Assembly: GCA_951406725.2 (NCBI GenBank)
Contig: OX597825.1
Location: 80,600,001-80,664,000 of the forward strand
DNA length: 64,000 nucleotides
Source of the DNA: Octopus vulgaris
Lineage: Eukaryota
Direction of reading: 5' to 3'
The notes below the pieces were generated by a model. That model made no database searches, was not told the origin of the DNA, and saw only the letters and a program-made list of their open reading frames with translations. Every line of letters begins with the position of its first letter. The first letter of the stretch is position 1. Both the position numbers and the translations under genes were made by a program. Positions 55,466 to 64,000 of this stretch are shown here, in pieces.

Positions 55466-55579
55466 CCGTGATCACCGTGACCGACCAGGCTATCAGATGT
55501 TGTTACACATCGCTGGTCACAATGCACTTCGCCTTGTTTTAGCCTTCAAATGACGCCAGCCCGCTGGCTAAGCGAGCAG

Positions 55580-55609
<30 letters not shown>

Positions 55610-55623
<14 letters not shown>

Positions 55624-58600
55624 CATAAATGGCAATTTCTGTCTGTTTGTCGCTGTGTGTGTGTGTGTGTGTTTGTGAATTTGTTACTTTAACTCCTCCG
55701 AGACTATGCAACCGATCTTGATGAAATTTGACACGTGTATGGGGTTTATGCCCATGCGATCCCTTACGCACTTGGAATTTCAAAAAGAAATCGATAGTTC
55801 TTAATCAGCATCGATTTTTCAAAAATCAATAGGACATTTCAACGCAAATTCTCATATGAATAATATTTTCTGCCATAACTTTTAAAGTTTTCAACTGATT
55901 TTCTTGAAATTTGTTACACAGATGGAATATGCGTTAAAGATACGAGGAACGTTCAATAAGTAATGCCTCTGACCCACTTGCAGTTGTTTGATCTAGCTGA
56001 AAATTTACATGTGCAATTATTTATATCTCTATAGATTAAGTGGCAAATTACAGCTCTGAACTAATTGTGGTTTCTGATAGACAGGTGTTTGAACTGAGTC
56101 AAGTGTGAAATGGAGCCTGTTGAGTGTCAAGCAGTGATCCGGTTTTTGTATTTGAAAGGACGCACACCACGGGAGACTTTTGATGAAATGAAAGTAACTT
56201 ATGGTGATGATGCCCCATCATATGACCTTGTAAAACGCTGGCATCGTGAATTCAAACATGGTTGGAACTCTGTGGAAACAGCTCCCAGATCTGGTCGCCT
56301 CCCTTCTGCCATTGATGAGGCATCTGTCCGTCAAGTTGAGGCTGCCATTTTGGAAGATCGACGCATAACTATTCGCCAAATAGCCCATGAGGTCAAGTTT
56401 AGTACCGGGTCTGTGGAAACTATCATTCATGACCATTTGCATATGCAAAAGGTGTCTGCCAGATGGATTCCCAGGTTGCTCACACCTTTCCAGAAGCAAG
56501 GACGCGTTGAGTGCTCGAGGATGAATTTGGAGATGTGCCAAGAAGATGAGTCAAAATTTTTCAAAAGACTGATTACACAGGATGAAACCTGGGTCCATCA
56601 CTATGATCCAGAGACCAAAGCCCAGTCAATGCAGTGGAAGTACCGTGACTCACCTTCTCCAAAGAAGGCAAGGGTGCAGCCCTCCGCTGGCAAGGTCATG
56701 CTCACAGTCTTCTGGGACCAGGACGGAGTAGTGATGACAGATTTCCTGGCGAAGGGTACCACAATTACAGGAGCCTATTATGCTTCACTTTTGAGGAAAT
56801 TAAAAGAAGCTATCAAAATCAAGAGGCGGGGCAAGATCAGCTCCGGTCTACAACTCGCGTGTCGCCAGATCAGAAGCACAGGCGTGCGGCTATGAACTCC
56901 TCCCCCATCCCCCTACTCTCCTGACCTTGCACCCTCTGATTTTCACCTCTTCCTAGCCATGAAGTTGTTTTTGAAAGGAAAGCGTTTCCCAGATGATGCA
57001 GCCTTGATTTCTGAAGTCACGTCGTGGTTGGAGGACCAAGCTGGGGTTTTCTACAAAAACGGTCTCCAGAGTTGCATCAAACGATGGGAGAAATGTGTAA
57101 CTCTGGGTGGTTCCTATGTAGAAAAAGACTAATAACTGTGCCAAGTTTCGTTGCTCTACTGCTATGGGAAGTGGGTCAGAGGCATTACTTATTGAACGCC
57201 CCTCGTAGGTTGAGGACAAACAAGGACAGACAAATGGATTAAGTCGTTTACATCGATCCCAGTGCGTAACTGGTACCTATTTAATCGACCCCGAAAGGAT
57301 GAAAGGTAAAGTCGACCTCGGCAGAATTTGAACTCAGAACGTAGCGGCAGACGAAATACCGCTAAGCATCTCGCCCAGCGTGCTAACGATTCTGCCAGCT
57401 CACCGTCTTTGGGGGAGAAAAATATTGAAAAAAAAAAAAATTACAATTGGTTTTTTATTTTACCGAAAAGGCTTCTCCCATGGTTTTTAAGTGCAAAAAA
57501 GCAAACAAAAAAAGGTCCAAATAGATCCGGAGAGGGGTGGAGATGGGTGTAATGAAAGAAAAAATCAAATTTTCAAAATATTTTTCTTAAAAAGATGCCT
57601 CCCATCATTTCGAAGGCCGTGGTGAAAAAAGAAATTAGTTAAAATCCCCGTCAAAACAGAAAATCCAACTTATGTGGGTGTCCTGATCCGAAACGCTGCC
57701 GGTGTAAGGCATGAGTGACGTTATGGGTGTGAGAGGGGAAGAAAAGTTACTAGGAGTGTTTATGGGTGGTGATTGGGTATAGGGGTGAGATCGAAGCTTT
57801 TAAATATAAGTTCTGTTGAGTAATCGCCGGGTGCGGTGATGAGATGACTCAAGTTGTTTGGTTTATAGATTTGCGAGGAAAGCATACGGTGGGTGCGCCG
57901 GGTGCGGAAAAGGAAGCTTGAGGCGGTGAAGGAAGAGGAGAGGCAGATGGTTTGGTGGGTGGTGAAGGTCACGAGGTTTTGGAAGTAGGGGTAGGGTAGG
58001 AGGGTAGGGTTCTGTGACGGAAGTGATATATGATGTGAGGTGGAAGTGTAGAAGAAAGCCGCGAGGAGTGAAGGTAAGTTGCGGGCTGGAGTATCAGGTT
58101 ATTTTAAGGAGGAGTTGAGAGAGTTGTAAGAAGTTAGATGTAGTTCAGGAGAAGAGCATGGAGGGGAATTGCTTAACGTAGGTGTGATGGTCACGGAGGA
58201 AGGATCTGAGTGAAAGTAAAGTGAGCTGGGTGGTAGTTATTTGGTACGCAGAAAATAAAGAACTGAATATCCATTGTAATCCGATGGTAGTCCAGGAGAT
58301 TTCCAAGAAGCAAGGTAGAAAGAATCCAGTGGTAGAGATCCGAGAATGAAGGTTGAATCCGATGGTGTGAAAGAATAGAAAGAATCAATTGGATGACTGC
58401 AAGAACCTGTAGATTTAGAGGCAAAAATAACGATGAAAATAATTTCCAAAAATTCTAGATCAACCAGACCATTTAACACAGTTTAACGACTCCATGCAGG
58501 CTCGATGTCTTATTCCAGGCATAAATTGTCCCCGTGAACAGAGCTTAAAAACACCTTTCATTGAGGATATGACAAGGTGGGGGTTTGTCAACCGAATGAA

Positions 58601-59837
58601 AGAGTAAATAAAACAAAGCAGTCGTTTTACATGAGATGAATTGTCGTGGAATTAAGGACTGCACCAGAATCGTGGACTGCATCATTCTACCCCAGAATGA
58701 TACAAATCCCTCGGTGTCACTGCATATGCTAGATCTCACAATGCCTGATCATCTCATATTGATGTCACGTGTACAGAACTATACAAAAGAGGCTCGTACG
58801 TTTCTTTTCAAAATCAAGAAATGTTTTATTTTTAGAGAGTTGACTGCCCACATGAAACCTTATTCGGGAACCTGCACACTTCTATGGGGCAACGCAGCTG
58901 TTTCATTAACAGAAAATTTAGTTCGCACGCCACTGATAACCTACCATTGGCTCACAGAACCACAGGTTTCCTCTTGGTCTCTTCCGCCGCTACTATAACG
59001 GCCTCTAATCCTCTGAACTGGCTACTTGTATCCTATTTCTATTCGAAATCACCATCTGACATACTGTTTAGCTTCCTCTCATCCATGCCTACAATATCAT
59101 ATTTCAACTGATTGAGTGTCACTCCTGGTTCTATGTCGTACATCAGGCAGTCCATGCAACGTTTAAACTCAAAGCCATATATATCGTCATATGCACGGTG
59201 TCCAGCGAAATTCAAAACCCTTACTTGCATATTCATTCTTAATCCAGTCCAGCAGATTCGAACGTGAATATGTGTTCACACATATATCATGTATATATCC
59301 TCGTTCCAACCATTTTTATTAATATATACGTATCTTATAATAATTCTGCTCGTTTCTCCGTTACTTAGGTCGTCCGTAATGCTTCCACGTGATTAGTTGA
59401 AAGGCGAGGGGGTAGGGAGTCTGGAGGAGAGCAGTGGGGGTGGGAGATGGAGGGGAAAGGTGGTGGTGAGTGAAATGTGTAATTTGTTTTTAATTAAATT
59501 TCTTTTCTTCGTTACTTAGCCCATCTGTAACGCTTTCACGTGATTAGTTGAAAGGAAAGGCGAAGAGCGAAAGAAAAGGGAGAGAGAGAAAAAGAGGGTA
59601 AGAGAGGGAGAGAGAAAGAGGAAGAGTGCTGTGAATAAAGTACACAAAGTATATATAAAGTACATTAGGTAACCATCGTTCTCCAATTTAACTTCATTTT
59701 TCAATGATTAGCAGATGAGCGGTTTTCTTTTGAAACAGACACAACACAGGCTACGCTTTCAGGTCTTTTTTTATAGGCTTACCATTAATTGGATATGTTT
59801 ACCATTAATTCTGTGAAATATTCACGGGTCTCGCTAG
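55610..59837 (+). mobile_element. Putative non-autonomous Helitron hosting the mariner and a SINE
   Basis: 3' hairpin CTGTGAA-ATA-TTCACGG followed by CTAG|T at 59834-59838; Helitron-like 5' (gtctgt/GT repeat, accgatcttgatgaaattt); linkage of the two ends is inferred. Confidence 0.4.
55943..57205 (+). mobile_element. Mariner DNA transposon, near full length but defective
   Basis: 37-bp TIRs CGAGG(AA/GG)CGTTCAATAAGTAATGCCTCTGACCCACTT; TA on both sides; transposase 56110-57132 with WIPRLL, ITQDETWV, YSPDLAPSDFHLF; deletion/frameshift near 56840 removes the HDNA motif; 1-nt frameshift near 56910. Confidence 0.95.
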
Positions 59838-60360
59838 TATATATAAATTTGGTTATTTTTGCATTTATTTATATATGTCAGTCCATGTGTACATGTGTAC
59901 TTTGTAGTGAAGCAAGCGAGGGCACAATCATGTACTAAACATTTCATACTTCGAAAGAACTATTCTTTGAGCTTTTCTCTCTACCAAAGTGGATTTATAG
60001 GCGTTAATCGATGTCATCAGTTTCGGAAGAATTAAAAGCTCATTTTGCTACCCTTTGTCTCTGGTTATTAAGGAACGTGGCTTAGTGGTTTGGGTGTTGC
60101 TCTTACGATTGTAAGATGGTGGTTTCGATTCTTGGACTTCTGAGATGTATTTTGTTCTTGAGCAAAGCACTTCTTTTCACGTTGCTCCACTACAAATAGG
60201 TAATTCTGCGCCACGCTGGCATCTCGTGTTGGGGGAATGTTCTGATCTCAGTCCCTTATGCAAACCGAGATTAAGACCCGGCCTTATAAAACCCTAAGAC
60301 AAACTTTAACTGGAACCTCTAACTAATTGAATAAATAAAAAGTAAAACAAAACGCTTAAA

Positions 60361-60758
60361 GCCATTAAAATCTGCTCCGCGGTTTCAAATCCTGCTTACG
60401 ACCCTGGAAATATAATTATTGCCAGGAAGTCTTAATTAAACTTCAAATATAATTAATGATCTTGCAGGCCAACGAGGGAACCGTTATATCAGTCATATAT
60501 ATACAGCCATTAAAATCTGCTTCGCGGTTTCAAATCCTGCTTACGACCCTGGAAATATAATTAATGCCAGGAAGTCTTAATTAAACTTCAAATATATTTA
60601 CTGATCTTGTAGGCCAATGAGGGAACCGTTACATCAGTCATATATATACAGCCATTAAAATCTGCTCCGCGGTTTCAAATCCTGCTTACGACCCTGGAAA
60701 TATAATTAATGCCAGGAAGTCTTAATTAAACTTCAAATATAATTAATGATCTTGCAGG
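60361..60758. repeat. 145-bp tandem repeat, about 2.75 units
   Basis: gccattaaaatctgc recurs at 60361, 60506, 60651. Confidence 0.95.
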
Positions 60759-61572
60759 CGTGTATATGAATGTATACCCATTGCCTATTTTTCTATCTTC
60801 CATCGCGTTTTTTACTTGCAATGCTGTCTAAATTATTTGGAAATCTATAGAGGGAAATAAAAAAAAAAATTAGAAAATCGCACTGCTAGTACAAAAGCAA
60901 GGTACAATATTAACTTCTAAACCTTTAAACCTCGATAATTTATTATTGTTGGGAAACGAAATACTGTGTGCTCGCTAGCAATTAAAACTCAGATTTAAGC
61001 AGTAGACTTGTTTTTTTGGGTTAAGCTTAACTTATATAAAAAGAGAGTTGAAAAAAAAAATGAAAAGAGAATATGCGTGTGAAACTACGGTTAATTTGTG
61101 TATTCAATAGAGCTATCAGGTTCTCGCTTGATCTCTGCTCTCCCAAGCATGAAATCAGGACCGTCGAGCACTCACATACGTTTAAAATGCATTTTTCTTT
61201 TGATATTTTCTTACTACATTTTTAACCTCCTTTTATAACCCAGGTGAAATTTCATTTAGAAGTTTGCATTCTATCATCCGTTGCCGACTGTCACCCCGTT
61301 CTATCGCCTTTTGTTATTTTCCTTATTGTTTACCGTATTAGCATACTCACCTTACACTAAAAGATTCGTCTCTAAAAAAGTATTTAGTGACCTGGTTAAA
61401 TTCAGTCAACCGCGATGTTCTTATTATTTGAAAGTCACCTATCTCAAATTTTAAGAGACATTGTCTACATGAAAAGTAGACGTCTTCTACATAGTCTCTC
61501 AGCACCCTCGAAATAACAGTTAAATATCCCTGAAATCTCATCACACCGTCCGAAAAAGGAAGAATACATTTG

Positions 61573-61631
<59 letters not shown>

Positions 61632-61882
61632 AGATAGATATATATATAAAATGAAATATATATATATATATAAAATGAGATATATATATAGTTAATCCAA
61701 ACAAGAAAGCACAAAAAACACAACAACGTGAGGACGTGGAACAAATATAGTATTATTGGACGCTCAAGAAAGAAGGAAAGAAGGAGGGTTTAACGTTTCG
61801 AGCGGAGCTCCTCGTCGGAAACATAGGAGAAGGAAAGATCCAGAGAAGGGAAGACAGAGGGAAAAAAAATCGCGGTCACATT

Positions 61883-61945
<63 letters not shown>

Positions 61946-62652
61946 TAAAGAGAGAGAGAGAGAGAGAGAGAGAGCAATAAGAAAATGGAGGGGATCAATA
62001 GGTGGTATTCATCAAATTTTAGACATTATATTATGTCAATTATTTATTTATTTACTAAAATGACAATTACAACAATATACATACATATATAACAATTACA
62101 ACAATATACATACATATATAACATATTATGCTTTACATATATAATATATAAAGATACCGGTAATTATTTATACAGGGCCACTAGAACATTCCATTGGAAC
62201 TGGCAGGGACAAACCCTTGAAATGGTGATACAAGTTGCGGAGGAAGACATAGAAAAAACTAGTAGAGAACATCATAGTTGGAGATACAACGTTGAAAGTT
62301 AGAGTAAAGGGAAGGATCCTGCGGTACTATAAATGTGGCTTGAAGGACCACATTAGAGCGGAGTACCCTCCACCACTAGAAAAGGCTATGGAGAGTGAGA
62401 AAGTAGTAGGTGCTCCACAGCCAGTGGAGGAAAAGGAAAGCGATATGGCACTACAGACAAAGAAGTACCAGCATCGAGTAAGAGGAGACAAACGCCAGCT
62501 GGGAGATAGCGGGGAAGATATTAGGCATATACATAAGAATTCACAATAAATACACACCTACTAGTCGGTTATTTGCGCTGAATCAGACGCTCCCATAAAA
62601 ATGTCGAAACAGTTATGGGCATCTTTTCTCGCCCATAACTTATCATCTAAAT

Positions 62653-63551
62653 TTATAACCGACCAGCGGGCTTCAAAATTGCATTGATTTCCTTAGCGCT
62701 AATAGATGTATATTTCTTAGCAAATATCAAGGCGCTATTTATACTAGAGCAATAATTGTCAATAGCTATTTGTAGGAATTTATGTTTACATTTGTTATTT
62801 ATATTCGAGAACCATTTAATGGTATTCTGAGTATTTGAGCATAATGGTAGTTTGATCTTATTTTTCAAGATCGGTATAGATTTATCTAAAATTATTTTGC
62901 TAAGTTTACATAAATCAGATTTATTAGGACAGATTAATCTAACCCTTGTATCAATATGAAAATTCTCCTTCTGATCCTTAATTGTAATCCATGGTCTACT
63001 AGGTATTAATGGTTCTGTTTTATCCTCTATATTATAATTTTCCATAATTTTTTAGCCTCTTGATTAATCCGTCTAAGGGTACTATTAGGAGCTACCGTGT
63101 ATTATTTTGTAATTTCTTTGTACAATAAATTATGGTATAAATTAATATCCATCTTATATAAGTTCCTTGTTTTATCTGAATTAACATTAACTCCTTTTAT
63201 ATTTTTCAGTTCATGTGTTTTTTTAGCTTCCTTTGGTCTTGGTCGTTCCGCAATGGATGTTTCTTAAATTTTAATTTTTAAAAATTTATTATAGTCAATA
63301 GTTCTTGTTCAAATGTTTCGAGGTGGTTATTATGTAATGGCGTCTTCCTGGTTTCAAATACTCCAGCGATATAATCCATGTAAATATCCTTATTGCTATT
63401 AGTGGTATCCATTTGGTCTTTATCATAATATAAAGTTCTTCATCTTAGTCTATGTGTGGAGTCAGTTATTTTGGCAATCAGTTCTTTCATATAGACTTTT
63501 TTTGTGGTATTGGTATGTCTTTCAGAAATGTGTCAATTGTTATATTTTCCA
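62653..63551 (-). mobile_element. Penelope-like element reverse transcriptase N-terminal part, decayed
   Basis: WITIKDQKENF...RLICPNKSDLCKLSKIILD...NTQNTIKWF...FLQIAIDNYCSSI, matching the PLE pattern LKDHK/INPAKS/FDI..FYPSI. Confidence 0.8.
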
Positions 63552-63761
63552 TTATCCAGTATTATTCCATATAAAACAGATATATTTACTGATACTAAAG
63601 CAATGAGTAAATAATCATAATTAATTAAAATAACAGTTTAGCTTGGTGTAAAATACACCTAAGGAATATTAAATATCCGAAGAATTTACTGGTTTATATT
63701 GCCTATATCAATAACAACGTTACTTCTATAGGTAAGCAAAAAAGAAAACATAGCTTATCAC

Positions 63762-64000
63762 TCTCTATATAAAGCTGAAGTTGTCTGTGTATGGCAGGTT
63801 TTGTAGCCTTCAACTAACACTATCTTCTCCGAGACCCTGCGGCGCAAGTTGACCAAAATTGAGAGTATGATAGAAGAAGGCTTGCTCTTCTTTCCGTAGA
63901 AGAAAAAAATTCAAATCGGACCATATTAATACCAAAAATTATTTACATCAAAAAGGTGCTTTTTTTCTATGAAAATCCCTATTTTTAACGATTTTTTGAC
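63762..64000 (+). mobile_element. Possible 5' end of a non-autonomous Helitron
   Basis: tctctatataaag...gtctgtgt start; shares ctccgagac...aaaatt motif with 55690-55730. Confidence 0.35.

Noticed and set aside
56110-56895. Domesticated SETMAR-like gene
   Set aside because: Bounded by TIRs and TA duplications, frameshifted, no SET domain.

Overview
This is AT-rich, microsatellite- and SINE-dense animal DNA; the repeat families look cephalopod-like, probably Octopus (inference). The window holds two tandem, minus-strand paralogs of an SLC6 (neurotransmitter:sodium symporter) amino-acid transporter resembling the invertebrate nutrient amino-acid transporter (NAT) clade. Copy B is complete: 15 coding exons, 51138->23029, 624 aa by manual splicing. 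Copy A has 10 coding exons (11700->469) and runs off the left edge. In the TM6 and TM8 exons the copies differ at only four nucleotides, all non-synonymous and all at central substrate-site positions (FYSLG/FFSLS, LDTA/LDSE). Exons 3-4 are much more diverged than the rest, giving a mosaic pattern. The remainder is transposon debris: CR1-like, R4-like, RTE-like and Tx1-like LINEs, Penelope-like fragments with hammerhead-ribozyme motifs, a mariner, a foldback MITE, probable Helitrons, tRNA-derived SINEs, and micro/minisatellites. Gene models come from splice signals and reading-frame continuity only, with no transcript evidence.
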